Below the pieces are notes generated by a model. The model ran no database searches and was not told the origin of the DNA. It saw only the letters and a list, made by a program, of their open reading frames with translations. This document shows positions 33,700 through 46,800 of a stretch of DNA of 64,000 nt, in pieces (the first letter of the stretch is position 1; the number at the start of each line of letters is the position of its first letter). The stretch comes from Giardia intestinalis (lineage: Eukaryota): the NCBI GenBank assembly GCA_000002435.2, contig CM018791.1. One strand, written 5' to 3'. Made by a program: the position numbers and the translations under genes.

Positions 33700-35601
33700 A
33701 TGTTGTTAATAGTATTCTATCTTGTGCTGAGTGCTCTTGCGGCAAATTGTGAAACAGAAGGCAATAAAAGCAATTGTGACAGCGGTCGCTGTGAAATGGT
33801 TGGCATTGTTGAAGTCTGTACTCAGTGCAAGACAAATGGACACGTCCCTATTGACGGAGTATGTACGCCAAAGAACGAAGCAGATGCTAATTGTAAGAAG
33901 GATGGAGGGAGTCCATTAGATCAAGACGCTAAGATCTGCGGGCAGTGTGCTCAAGGATACTTCCTTCATAAAGGTGGATGCTATGCAATTGGTGGAAACG
34001 TTGGACGCATCATCTGTAATGATCCTACTCCTACACTCAAAGGGCGCAATTCTGTTGAGGGTGTTTGCTCAGCGTGCAATTCTACCAGTGGATTCTTTAA
34101 GAATCCTGCCAATGTAGCTAATAAGGATTCGTGCATAGCATGTGATGATACAACTGGTGATAGTGGCAATGTAGGTTTGGAAGGATGCGCCACTTGCCAA
34201 CATTCTGGTTCGGGAGCAGCCACATGCTTAACATGTAAAGATGGATACTATGATAATAATCCAAGTCAGGATACTGTTACATGTGCATCATGTACGGATG
34301 ACTGTAAGACTTGCATAGATACTGGAAATGCTAAATGCACATCTTGTCAGACAAAATATTTAAAAATTACGGACCCTAATGGTGTGTTTGGGGAATGCGT
34401 TGATGAAAACACATGCAAACAGCCAGGAACCCACTTTCCGATAACAACTACAGATAACATAAAGGTATGTGCTCTTTGTAGCGATGCGGAGAATAAGGGC
34501 GTAGTTGGCTGTGCTAAATGTACCTCGACCCCAGCAAGTGATTCCGGCAATGCAATCATTGTTAAATGCATAGAATGCACAACGCCAGATACCACCAAAC
34601 CCAACTTTGCCGGGACAGGGTGCTTTGCTTGTTCTGCAACAGATTGCTCTAATTGCAGTGCAGATAATGTTTGCGAAAAATGTGGGAAAGGAAAGAAGCT
34701 GAGCCCTTTAAAGGATAGTTGTTTAGATAGTTGCCCTGCTGGCACGCACAACAAGGATAACGTTTGTGTCCCTTGCCACACATCTTGTGCAGAATGTGCA
34801 AGTGATTCTGTGGGAGAAAGCTCATGTACAGCTTGCTATCCTGGATTTGCATTGCGCAAAGGCGAGGACGAGGCTACCGGGGCATGTATTCCAGAATGCA
34901 CGGGAAAGTACGCAGAAAACTGTGAAGCTGGCCAGTGCACAGCCATCGTTGGAGGCTCCAAGTACTGCAGCAAGTGCAAGGCTGGATACGTTCCAGTGGA
35001 CGGCGTCTGTGTGTCGACAACAGCAAGGACGCCGACTGGATGCACGCCAAATGATAACAATGATGGAACATGTAAGGAATGCACAACCACATACTTCCTG
35101 CAGTCTGGCGGGTGTTACAATGCACAGACATTTCCGGGCAAATTGCTATGCACAGCGGCCACTGGCAACGGGCAGTGTCAGACATGTGCAGCCAGTGGAC
35201 AAAGCCCAGCTGGAGGAAAATGTCCGGAATGTTCTGAGGGCTGTGCAAAGTGTACTGACTCTAACACTTGTAACGAATGCTTTTCAGGATATTACAAAGG
35301 TGCTGGTAATAAATGCTTTAAATGTACCGATGGTGACAAGGCTAACTCTGATGCAATAACTGGTGTAGAGAACTGCGTAAGCTGCGCGCCTCCAATTAGT
35401 GGCAATGGTGGCTCTGTCATCTGCTACGTCAAGACGGATGGCACTGGCGGTGGTGATAATGATAACAACACCGGCGGAAGCACGAACAAGAGCGGCCTTT
35501 CCACGGGCGCCATCGCAGGCATCGCTGTGGCTGCTGTCATCGTTGTAGGAGGCCTTGTGGGCTTCCTCTGCTGGTGGTTCATCTGCAGAGGAAAGGCGTA
35601 G
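33700..35601 (+). CDS. Variant-specific surface protein (VSP), copy 1
   Basis: 633 aa. Signal peptide MLLIVFYLVLSALAA, ~12% Cys with dozens of CXXC and GGCY motifs. Single C-terminal TM helix (AIAGIAVAAVIVVGGLVGFLCWWFI) followed by the invariant CRGKA tail. Start sits in a PyAATGTT initiator context (tcaATGTTg). AGTAAAC polyA signal 13 nt after the stop. Confidence 0.95.
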   Translation: MLLIVFYLVLSALAANCETEGNKSNCDSGRCEMVGIVEVCTQCKTNGHVPIDGVCTPKNEADANCKKDGGSPLDQDAKICGQCAQGYFLHKGGCYAIGGNVGRIICNDPTPTLKGRNSVEGVCSACNSTSGFFKNPANVANKDSCIACDDTTGDSGNVGLEGCATCQHSGSGAATCLTCKDGYYDNNPSQDTVTCASCTDDCKTCIDTGNAKCTSCQTKYLKITDPNGVFGECVDENTCKQPGTHFPITTTDNIKVCALCSDAENKGVVGCAKCTSTPASDSGNAIIVKCIECTTPDTTKPNFAGTGCFACSATDCSNCSADNVCEKCGKGKKLSPLKDSCLDSCPAGTHNKDNVCVPCHTSCAECASDSVGESSCTACYPGFALRKGEDEATGACIPECTGKYAENCEAGQCTAIVGGSKYCSKCKAGYVPVDGVCVSTTARTPTGCTPNDNNDGTCKECTTTYFLQSGGCYNAQTFPGKLLCTAATGNGQCQTCAASGQSPAGGKCPECSEGCAKCTDSNTCNECFSGYYKGAGNKCFKCTDGDKANSDAITGVENCVSCAPPISGNGGSVICYVKTDGTGGGDNDNNTGGSTNKSGLSTGAIAGIAVAAVIVVGGLVGFLCWWFICRGKA

Positions 35602-35613
35602 ATGTACTTAGGT

Positions 35614-35620
35614 AGTAAAC
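35614..35620 (+). promoter_or_regulatory. Giardia polyadenylation signal AGTAAAC downstream of VSP copy 1
   Basis: Matches the AGTRAAY consensus and lies 13 nt after the TAG stop. The mirrored copy gtttact sits at 38396..38402 for VSP copy 2. Confidence 0.5.
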
Positions 35621-36160
35621 ACGTTACTTTATGTAGCTTATGTAGATGTGCTGCTGGAGCTATCTGAGCACGGCCCAGGGATCATGTGGGTGGGCCCGTT
35701 CCTTCCTGTCCAGTCCTGAGACGACTGTCGGTCATGGATAACATGACGGAGAGTCCTCTCCAGTGATATATTCAGAGTCTGGGCATTCCTCGGCCACTTC
35801 GCAGGGGTATGCTCTGTCTGGATATCCATACCGATCTGCCTTGGATTCGGGCCTTTTTGTAGACTCTCTGCTCTACCAATGGCGCCTCTCCTTAGTCTCT
35901 CTTCACGGTGGGTGAGGCCCGGGTCGCTGTCTTTTTTAGATGCCCCGTCTGTCAGGGGCTGCCACCGGGCTCTCCGCTGGCTGGGCCCCTCGGTGTCCGG
36001 GCAGCTGTGGTTCTGGGTCAGCGCTCCCACGGTCACGGTCACGTAGGTTCCATAGCGGGCCGGCTGGTGGGGAGGCCGGGGTTGCTGGGGCGGTGAGGGC
36101 TGCTGGGACCGGGTGGGGTGGTGAGGTGGGGGGTGTCTGTATGTGCCCCTGGGTCCGGTG

Positions 36161-37855
36161 AACTGGGGTGATCGCAGCTGTGGTGACTGGGGGCTGTCCA
36201 TCTGTGACTCACCCCTCTGTGGACTCGTGGTCTGTGAGTGCCTCCACCCAGACAGCACCCCAGGAGCCGGAGAGTGGTGCCAGCCTAGCTGCCCTCCCTC
36301 CTCGGTGCCTCCCAGTGCAGACTCACCGGAGGCCACTACCCTGTCAGCCACCCAAAGGAGCCGTGCACACCGGGACAGAGAGGATGACCAAGGGGGTCAA
36401 GCAGCCCTGCCACGAGGGTGCACAGCAACCAGCATGAGATGTAGGGTCTGCTCGAGCGATGTAGTGGCAGACGACTCCCTCTGACAGCGACCCTGGTGAC
36501 TGCACTGGTCTGCTCTCGAGGCTGAGTGACAGTGTGCACAGATGGACATGAGTGCAGGAGGACCGTCCACACACGGACAGACTGTGTGGACCCAGAGAGG
36601 ACTGGAGTCTGCTCGGGACACGCTGACTGTGTGCCCATACGAGAGTGCCAGGCAACTACTCAAGCACCGAGAGGCAGGTACAGACACGGGCACTAGAGAT
36701 CCCCAGCCAGACACATTGCTATGCTCATCCACAGGGGCATCAGAGGGCCAGGTGGAGTCACCCTCACAGTTAGGGCCTGATAGGAAGCCAGAGGACTCAA
36801 ACACTACAGCAGAGCAGGCCCAGAGGAGGCACACTCCAGGCAGGTGAGCAGTGGCAGAGCCTTGATAGCTGCCATCCACCCCCATGACACCCAGGCAGGC
36901 ACCAGACTCCGAAGACTCGCTGGCCTCGACTGATGACCCGAGGGGGCAGCAGCCAGAGGAGCGAGGAGGCCTTCGGACGCCACAAGAGGCCGGCTGTCCA
37001 GCAGGCGATGAGGCAGACAGGTGACCTCTGAGCACCACACAGGCACAGAGCCGACCATCATGAGTGATGCCCGATCACAGAGATGACCACGAGCGCCCTC
37101 CACCGCACTCTGGGGGGCTGTCGATCATCCCACTGCCTCTCATAGCAGACCTCCTTGGGGGCAGTGCAGTGGGTCCCAGCTCATACAGGAGGGTGTGTGC
37201 CCCCCTCAGTATAGGATGCCCCGACTCTTCCCGAGGGGTCATCAGAGCCACGAGGAGGGGTCAAGGTCCTGGTGGATCATATCGGGAACTCCCGAGGGCA
37301 CAGCAGGTGAGGTGTGGGTGACCCTCAGCGTGCTCCTCTCTGCATGGTAGAGCATCCTGAGACCAAGGAAGCTCACCCCTGCCTACGGATGATACACAGC
37401 GCTCCACAACAAGGACCCACAAGGAGCAGCACAGCTGACCACGGGGGCAGTGCAGCCACCCGGTACCCCACCATGCCAGTCTTCTGGGCCATCACACTAG
37501 AGGCCTGAGAGAACCCCATCCCATCCACAGGGTCATCCACACCCCTGCTGGCCCGAGGTGAACTGCACCCATCGAGGCACTGGACAGGGCATGCTGGGGG
37601 CCCAGCAGATCCACACAGAGCATCAGCACAGAGCATCAGCGAGTAGCAGGAGAGGCTGCGATGGCCTGCCTCAGCCCTCACGCACCAGCCAGACAGAGCA
37701 GTACTGCCTGAGGCATGCAGGGGCCAAGGGAGGCGCTCAGTCAGGGGACACGACACGATCGTCGGTGCCTCTGTCTCAGGAGTACAACGAAGGCTGAAGA
37801 GCAGACACAGTCACCTTGGCAAACAGAACGGGGATCACCCACCACCCCAATGGCC
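36161..37855. other. Unique GC-rich central spacer of the palindrome (~1.7 kb, apparently non-coding)
   Basis: The arm mirror relation breaks here (left: ...cctgggtccggtgAACTGGGG; right rc: ...cctgggtccggtgGGCCATTGG). GC visibly >60%. Overlapping ORFs in several frames on both strands are typical of non-coding GC-rich DNA. Confidence 0.7.
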
Positions 37856-40800
37856 CACCGGACCCAGGGGCACATACAGACACCCCCCACCTCACCACCC
37901 CACCCGGTCCCAGCAGCCCTCACCGCCCCAGCAACCCCGGCCTCCCCACCAGCCGGCCCGCTATGGAACCTACGTGACCGTGACCGTGGGAGCGCTGACC
38001 CAGAACCACAGCTGCCCGGACACCGAGGGGCCCAGCCAGCGGAGAGCCCGGTGGCAGCCCCTGACAGACGGGGCATCTAAAAAAGACAGCGACCCGGGCC
38101 TCACCCACCGTGAAGAGAGACTAAGGAGAGGCGCCATTGGTAGAGCAGAGAGTCTACAAAAAGGCCCGAATCCAAGGCAGATCGGTATGGATATCCAGAC
38201 AGAGCATACCCCTGCGAAGTGGCCGAGGAATGCCCAGACTCTGAATATATCACTGGAGAGGACTCTCCGTCATGTTATCCATGACCGACAGTCGTCTCAG
38301 GACTGGACAGGAAGGAACGGGCCCACCCACATGATCCCTGGGCCGTGCTCAGATAGCTCCAGCAGCACATCTACATAAGCTACATAAAGTAACGTGTTTA
38401 CTACCTAAGTACATCTACGCCTTTCCTCTGCAGATGAACCACCAGCAGAGGAAGCCCACAAGGCCTCCTACAACGATGACAGCAGCCACAGCGATGCCTG
38501 CGATGGCGCCCGTGGAAAGGCCGCTCTTGTTCGTGCTTCCGCCGGTGTTGTTATCATTATCACCACCGCCAGTGCCATCCGTCTTGACGTAGCAGATGAC
38601 AGAGCCACCATTGCCACTAATTGGAGGCGCGCAGCTTACGCAGTTCTCTACACCAGTTATTGCATCAGAGTTAGCCTTGTCACCATCGGTACATTTAAAG
38701 CATTTATTACCAGCACCTTTGTAATATCCTGAAAAGCATTCGTTACAAGTGTTAGAGTCAGTACACTTTGCACAGCCCTCAGAACATTCCGGACATTTTC
38801 CTCCAGCTGGGCTTTGTCCACTGGCTGCACATGTCTGACACTGCCCGTTGCCAGTGGCCGCTGTGCATAGCAATTTGCCCGGAAATGTCTGTGCATTGTA
38901 ACACCCGCCAGACTGCAGGAAGTATGTGGTTGTGCATTCCTTACATGTTCCATCATTGTTATCATTTGGCGTGCATCCAGTCGGCGTCCTTGCTGTTGTC
39001 GACACACAGACGCCGTCCACTGGAACGTATCCAGCCTTGCACTTGCTGCAGTACTTGGAGCCTCCAACGATGGCTGTGCACTGGCCAGCTTCACAGTTTT
39101 CTGCGTACTTTCCCGTGCATTCTGGAATACATGCCCCGGTAGCCTCGTCCTCGCCTTTGCGCAATGCAAATCCAGGATAGCAAGCTGTACATGAGCTTTC
39201 TCCCACAGAATCACTTGCACATTCTGCACAAGATGTGTGGCAAGGGACACAAACGTTATCCTTGTTGTGCGTGCCAGCAGGGCAACTATCTAAACAACTA
39301 TCCTTTAAAGGGCTCAGCTTCTTTCCTTTCCCACATTTTTCGCAAACATTATCTGCACTGCAATTAGAGCAATCTGTTGCAGAACAAGCAAAGCACCCTG
39401 TCCCGGCAAAGTTGGGTTTGGTGGTATCTGGCGTTGTGCATTCTATGCATTTAACAATGATTGCATTGCCGGAATCACTTGCTGGGGTCGAGGTACATTT
39501 AGCACAGCCAACTACGCCCTTATTCTCCGCATCGCTACAAAGAGCACATACCTTTATGTTATCTGTAGTTGTTATCGGAAAGTGGGTTCCTGGCTGTTTG
39601 CATGTGTTTTCATCAACGCATTCCCCAAACACACCATTAGGGTCCGTAATTTTTAAATATTTTGTCTGACAAGATGTGCATTTAGCATTTCCAGTATCTA
39701 TGCAAGTCTTACAGTCATCCGTACATGATGCACATGTAACAGTATCCTGACTTGGATTATTATCATAGTATCCATCTTTACATGTTAAGCATGTGGCTGC
39801 TCCCGAACCAGAATGTTGGCAAGTGGCGCATCCTTCCAAACCTACATTGCCACTATCACCAGTTGTATCATCACATGCTATGCACGAATCCTTATTAGCT
39901 ACATTGGCAGGATTCTTAAAGAATCCACTGGTAGAATTGCACGCTGAGCAAACACCCTCAACAGAATTGCGCCCTTTGAGTGTAGGAGTAGGATCATTAC
40001 AGATGATGCGTCCAACGTTTCCACCAATTGCATAGCATCCACCTTTATGAAGGAAGTATCCTTGAGCACACTGCCCGCAGATCTTAGCGTCTTGATCTAA
40101 TGGACTCCCTCCATCCTTCTTACAATTAGCATCTGCTTCGTTCTTTGGCGTACATACTCCGTCAATAGGGACGTGTCCATTTGTCTTGCACTGAGTACAG
40201 ACTTCAACAATGCCAACCATTTCACAGCGACCGCTGTCACAATTGCTTTTATTGCCTTCTGTTTCACAATTTGCCGCAAGAGCACTCAGCACAAGATAGA
40301 ATACTATTAACAACATTGAGGCTCATTAGTTTATTAGAAGTAAGAATCTACTAGTAAATATATCCAAAGCTAAAACGCCCTACCTGATTATATGTTATGC
40401 CAGACAATCCAAAAAGATCTGTCCCCTACGATACTTTGTTTAATAAATAGGAATTCATTGAGTGCCAAGTACGTCCGCTGTACACAGCCCAACACTCCCC
40501 GCCTTCTCTGAAACCCCTTACGCAACACACAGGGAAACAGAAAATCCAAAAACAAGCGGTGATGCTGCCCCATGCGCCTGCAGCTCCTCTGTCCTGCCAT
40601 TAATCTGAGGATGGTCCGGGTGTTCCCGCTGTGCACCATGTTCGCTACCGGCTCCCTTCCTGGCGCCTCTGCATCCTTGAGGAGCCAGCCCCCTGCGCCT
40701 TCTTTGCGCGGGTCGGATCCCTGCGGACCCCCGTTTGCCAGCACTCTCTTCTCAGCCCCTGTAGCATTCTCCTCCACCATATAATGTCCACGACCACTGA

Positions 40801-43800
40801 CTGTCGTAGGAGAGCTGCACTCAAAGACGAGCTCCTGTGAGATTCTAGGAGAAGATCGGTGTGGTCGCTAGGGTCCATGGAAGATATGAACCAGCGTAGA
40901 TTAGCCCGTGAGACGTCTTGGTTTGTTGGGCGTGGACGGCGCTATTTTTCGCTTTTTGTAGTGGATATTTTAGGATACCTTACCGCATGACAAGGACTCA
41001 ATTAGAGTTCAGGAAACGCAGGCCAACACTTCTACATTTGGACAAGAAGCACTGCCCAAACCGCGCTGTCTCCTAAGCTAAGAAACCAGGACTTTCATTA
41101 CCCCTTTTGGATCATCCTGGTGCTGTCCATTGTAGCAGTAGTAGAACCATGATTGCTCGCAGCACCTGAATTTGTTGGTATGAACGACAAAGAGTTTCTT
41201 GTGGTGGGCTACTTCGGCAGAAAAAACTTAGGCCTGTCGTGTCGCTCCGCCAGCTATTAATCAGACCCGTAATCAGCGTCCCTGTGGTCTCAGGTAAGGT
41301 ACTAGGGTAGTCGGATCTCTATCTGCTGTTAGGGAGTCGAGCAGAGTCTGATTGTCACCGTTAGTCTAACTTATGGTTGGCCCTAGGTAAACAGATCGAC
41401 TGATACAAGCATCTTATCTCTGGGCTCACGAACCATATCATACGAGGTATTGCACCACTACAGCCCAACATACTTCTCTGATGCGTAATGCGAAAAGCAG
41501 ACCTCATTGCATAGCTATAGGAGTCTGATAATACCCGACTGGGGCATTATATTTTATGTGATCTCCAGTGTAGTTTCATTAGAGGCCAGAACACCGCTGT
41601 ATACAGACTGGTATGGAAAGTGGGATCCGGCAGCATACACCTTGAGCTGGGAGTCCCATAAACATGCATTTCTGATACAATTCCGCCACGGATCTTGTAG
41701 GAGGCTGACCTAGGTCAGTGACTGGAAGGCCTTCAACAGGAAAGCGAGTGCCGTGACCGTTGAAAGCCTGTCTACTTATCGTTATGAGGGACACCCACCG
41801 ATGCTTATTGCTACGGGGTAGGTGGGGCTTGCTCGCCTGTGAGACTTGACTGGTGTGCGTTTTAGACGATCGACGAGACTGATATCACTCTCTATCTGCT
41901 GGCTCTACATGAATGGACGAACTCTGTAGTTGACCGGTTATTCTAGAACGTCCTGCGCTTATGAGGTCACAGCTACAACTTGCATTAGATAAATAAAGGG
42001 TTCCATTGGGTTGTGATGCTCCCTGTAGGTCCTACGGGGTGTGAGGCTACATCAGTGCAGTCACCGAGATAGCAGCCCTGCCTAATTGAATTTCGCAGAT
42101 CCAGAGTACAGTGCAGTGCCTTCCAGTTTATGAAATCAAGCCTACCTCAGACAACGAGGACAGATGGAGACTCGGAGATGATCAATGCTAGTCTGGGCTA
42201 CTCCAATCTTTGCTATCCGAGGGAGCAGCAAACCCGCAGAATAACAGAAGTCCACTTATGCCCCTACCCAGGAGGCCGTGCCCTAGTGGAAGTACGTGCC
42301 ACGATCGCCGCTAATACCCGTTGACGGGCCATCATCTGCGCTCAAGGTCATGAGCTGGACCACTAGTTGAATACGAAGCAACAGTAATATTATACATACA
42401 ATAAGCCGAGAAGACCAATGCTGATTGTGTACCTCCCACGCTGAGCATACTCAGTGTGCAGTGCAAAGGGTCTAACGCCCTAAATAGTTTGTTGAAACCA
42501 AATGCGTGGTGCTAATCATATGCATGTGGACTCCAAACAGCGGCTTGCGAGGAGATACTGGGGCACAAGGGCTGTCAGGCCTATATGAGACGCACAGAGG
42601 ATCCCCACGCAGTAAACCGATTGACCCTTTTCCTTGGTAGGAAGACCCTAACCTGTAGTGGCCGCCTGCATGACACATTCCTTTGTGGGACCGATGGAGG
42701 CACCTGTTGATCTAGAAAGGCCATCAATAAATGGTTGCACGAGATGGACAAGCAAGGGACAGGAGCTGACTATACCACCCTGGGTGATGAGCAATCTAAA
42801 CTACATAATGCGTGTGCCAACCTTTGGTCGAAGGTGAAGGTACACTGTAGAACACCACGTGGCCGAAAAGTGTTGTTGATGATCATCTGCCATGAGAAGA
42901 CGTAGGTGAGACATCTGCGGACAGCAACCACGCCGACTGATACCAGCCTGCGCAGTATACCTCTACAAATGATCCTTGCCTGTATACGGAGAGAACTTAA
43001 GCTTCCTCGGTTTCAAGCGAAGTGGACCCCAATAGATATTATGCTGCTACAAATGCATAAAATCAAAAAGCAGCGTCCAGCTTGTCAGCGGGCCTCACGA
43101 TCTTTCCACACTCGAAGGGCAGAAAGATACTACAGGTGTCCCTATTGCAATCCAGACCGGTAGCTGGCCTCTCTAGCACCAGCCTTGCCCAACTGGTCCG
43201 CTGGTCACCCCTACCTTCTCTGTATGAACCGGTTCTCCAGGAATCGCCATGCACGGGCAGCCTTCTACGCACTTAGCCGACATCCTCCTTTGTTAAGGTG
43301 TGTCATCAAGGGGTAAGTGTTATAAAGAGGGTGCAGCCCGAGGCAGACCCTCTCGCAGTCCTGTCCAACGCTAGCAGCGAGCATGCAAACAAGCACATAG
43401 ATAGGTGAGGAGCGTGCCTTAGTCCAAACCGGTCACCACACTAATATCATAACAATTGATGTGTAGAGTTCTGCCTTTAGCTTTATATGTAGGTCTAGGT
43501 CTCACCTTGAAAGGCAGCAGAGCGTTCCATAACACCTTTCTGAATGTACATTTGTCATTACAACTGGTGGAAGTGCAAGTACAGAAACTGTATGCCTGCC
43601 TAAAAGGGTATCTAGTGCGATTAACTGCTATTCCTTGCTAGCAACAGATGGGTTAGATATTATGGTATCTATGCTACCTACTAGGACGGCACATGGCTAT
43701 GCATGGATCATCAGAGAAGCCGCTGTAATGCTTGTTCAATCTATTGGACAAGTGCAGCTTCTTGTCGCAACAAATGTGGCGGCGGGCAGGCCACCAATGT

Positions 43801-46800
43801 AAGCCAGGTGAACTGCCTATCCCGGTGCAGCTGTGCGCATCTAAAAGTTGGAGTACCTCTCCATAAAAGCGACACACCATCTATATATCTTTTTGCCTCA
43901 CTTTGTGCTATTCACAGGCTGTAATGCCTCAGAAGTCAGGGCTAGTGCAGAGTGCCCCAAACAATCCGTCTAGGGGACCAAGGTCGATACCGTGCATAAT
44001 ACATCCTCCTAGGGAGACAGCGGCTGCCGTCGTCGTCCCGGATTTTTTGGTGTCAGACAATCGGGCCCGTGGTGAGTTTACTCCTCGCAGCCCCTGTCCT
44101 GCATATCGAGGCTGACTTCTGGTTGCTTAAGTCGCGGACGAGGAGGTGATGCAGAGCGTCAGTCGCTGGGCTACCTTTTATCCGCACATGGTCCTGAATG
44201 GCAGGTCAGACAGTGCACAACTTCCTCTTCTACTCTGAATGTAGTGTCACCTATCTGAGATATATGCGCTTCCAGGGAGTGATTGGGTAGCATCTGGAGC
44301 TGCTCATGATGGGCATAGTCACTATTCATTTAGCTCTGCCCTTTTCCCAGCCATCAGGGGATACATCTTTAGCTACGTGCCCTAAAGTACTGCATAGCGA
44401 TAACAAGACGGCACCATTACCCCTCAGGTCTTCTTGGCTTGTCCGGCAGTGTGGACTTACCAGATGCATCGACACGACTATGGATACCTTACAGCATCGC
44501 ACCCACCCAGCTCACTGTGCACCCTGTCCCATCTAGAGAGTAGCCCAGTCGTGCACAGGAACCCTCAATTCCCATCCAGGGCCTGGTCCAATGCTCAGCT
44601 GGCTTGAACTCCCTGCTGTACCGTGTTGGATGCCGCGCTGAAGCTATCGGTCCGGCGATGCTCTGGGCACACCACTCCACACTCGCGCCGTCATAGAGCA
44701 CCGGTCCTCAAGCCGCCCGTGGCCCATTACGAGAGCTGTGGGGCATGACCGCACGCAGAGTGCCTGAATCAGTATGTCGTCTACCCGCTAATATGCTTCA
44801 CTAGTGCCCATCGATTCCGCTAGCACCTGTGAACGAAGACGTGTTGCTATGGTCGCACAGCTTTTTATATGTCCTAAAGACTCTCATGCTATACAGTACA
44901 AGGTTTGTTGCCTGGCAGTGGTTCCATGATACTGAGACTTTAAAAGGGGCCTTAAGTGTCTCCAGTCCCGTTCAGAGAGGAGGAGTACAAAAGGGCTAGC
45001 CACTTTCCAACGTGACTTAGAATAGTTAGAATATTGTGTGAAGGCATCTTATCACGTGACCAGCGCGGTGTCCTGCTCCCCGTCACCGATGTGAGGGCTG
45101 GTCCGCTGAGTTAGCATCAAGGCAGAGCACCACCCAACAGTGCGGGCGAGACTTATAACTTGTTCCTTCAATGTGCAGCTGCTTCGACTGAGGTTGCTAA
45201 AGTGTGGGTCCAGTAGCCACTATGCCCGTTGTACTGACAACGACAGCATGCCACTTGCTGTAGGCGCCATCTACCTCCAGGCATGCCCTCCACCGTCGTG
45301 CTGCCTCTGGTGCACTATGCGGCTTGTATGATGATTCATGTCCCCGGCGACCAATGGGAGTGTTGTCCCCGTGCCATCTTGATATCGAGTCTGATAACTG
45401 CTAAACAGAACTCCAGATGTGTATAGCCTCATATGGTAGTCTTGATGGACACACACATGCGTAATAGTTATACTGCAAGATCTAATAACAGCAGCTGGCC
45501 ACTCGCATTGAGGTGAGATACCAGACAGACGTAGAAGTGGAAGACCCAAGAGAAGCCGTACCTGTGATGAACTACAGATACGAAGAGACTCACCTGTCAC
45601 TGCCACGGGAACATGGCCTTATGCAGAGCATCAGCAAGCAATGCCACGAGCAGTACTCTGACTGTGCAGCAGCAAAGTGGCCGATGATATGGAATGCTGA
45701 CACATCTGCTGCCGTCATGGATGGACTGGCAAGCCAGACAAGGATGCTTTACCCTGAGATGAGCTGGCATGAAATTGTGTATGACTGGAGGACACTTCCT
45801 TGTTATGCCTGCTATCGGAAACCAGCTCATGAGATGGACAACCTTGGAGTGGTCAGCCCCCGCGTTCTCCCAGACATCAAAACTGTGAGGGTCTCTGTGA
45901 GTTCTCATGTTCTCGTTTAGTCACGCTGACTTGTCCTCAGAAGCAGTCATAACTGTCGGGCCTGTTCGGATGCCACTCCCCTGCAGGCCTCGGTGCTTTG
46001 AGCACGGTTTCCAGGCTGCATGCGTACGTTGAGGGACATCAGGTACGTCATCTGCTCCCTACTTTCTGAGCCTGCTATGACAAGAGTAGCCCTCACTAGT
46101 CTGAACCAGCCACGCCTCCTGGCGTCTCACCCCGGAAGTTGCAGGGATCAGACAGCTGGTGGCCTTATTTACGTTATGGCTGCCATGATGGCAAATCTAC
46201 TATCAGAGTTTTGATGAAATCCTCTTCGCTGTCCCTGGCGGACCTCCAACTCTTCAATGGGATAGATACGGGGCACAGTCTACCGACACTTCCAGCGAGG
46301 ATAGCAGGCGCAGTGCTCTCGATACCAATGATGGATCTACAAGAGGGAGCAGATCTTCTGCATGCCCCTGCCAGGAAGTGGCGCTGACGTGGGCCAAACG
46401 TATTGTCCCCGAGATGTCCTTGGAAGGTTGAGACCTCTGCTGATAGCAATCAAGGACTGGGCCAGCAGGTAACTCTAGGAGGATTCGGGTCCAGCTTCAG
46501 CCAGGAGTGTTTGTAAAGCAGCACCCGTGCAGTGAGGCTTCGAGAATCATCCAAGTGGCACTATCCAAGGACCACTTCCCCGAGAGAACAGAAGGTTGGG
46601 GGACCGACTCCTGAAGGGCGCTCTCGCAGTCTACTGAACAGAAGAGAGGGCCAGAAAGCAACAATCATCTCTGGATCCACAGCTCTTCTATCATAGAGAC
46701 ACTGGGATGGTCAGAGCACTCCCCTCAAGAAGAACAGGAAGTAACATAGCGGCACAGCGCTGATGCTCATGGAATATGGTTGATGAGCCCCTGGCTTCTG

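Larger units (their letters stand above)
23865..36160. repeat. Left arm of large inverted repeat (palindrome), ~12.3 kb
   Basis: Every ORF-track peptide in this interval has an identical reverse-strand twin at coordinate 74016-x (e.g. 24594..25013 = 49003..49422; 33700..35601 = 38415..40316). By manual comparison the arms diverge at ~23865/50151 (outer) and ~36160/37856 (inner). Confidence 0.9.

Noticed and set aside
35638-36351. 237-aa minus-strand ORF running from the spacer into the left arm up to the VSP stop
   Set aside because: Pro/Ser/Gly-rich translation of GC-rich DNA. It crosses the arm/spacer junction, and its mirror in the right arm (37974..38378) is cut to 134 aa, so it is not conserved as a coding unit.
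36397-37038. 213-aa minus-strand ORF inside the central spacer
   Set aside because: Overlapped by ORFs in other frames on both strands. The low-complexity, GC-driven composition is typical of spurious ORFs in >60% GC non-coding DNA.
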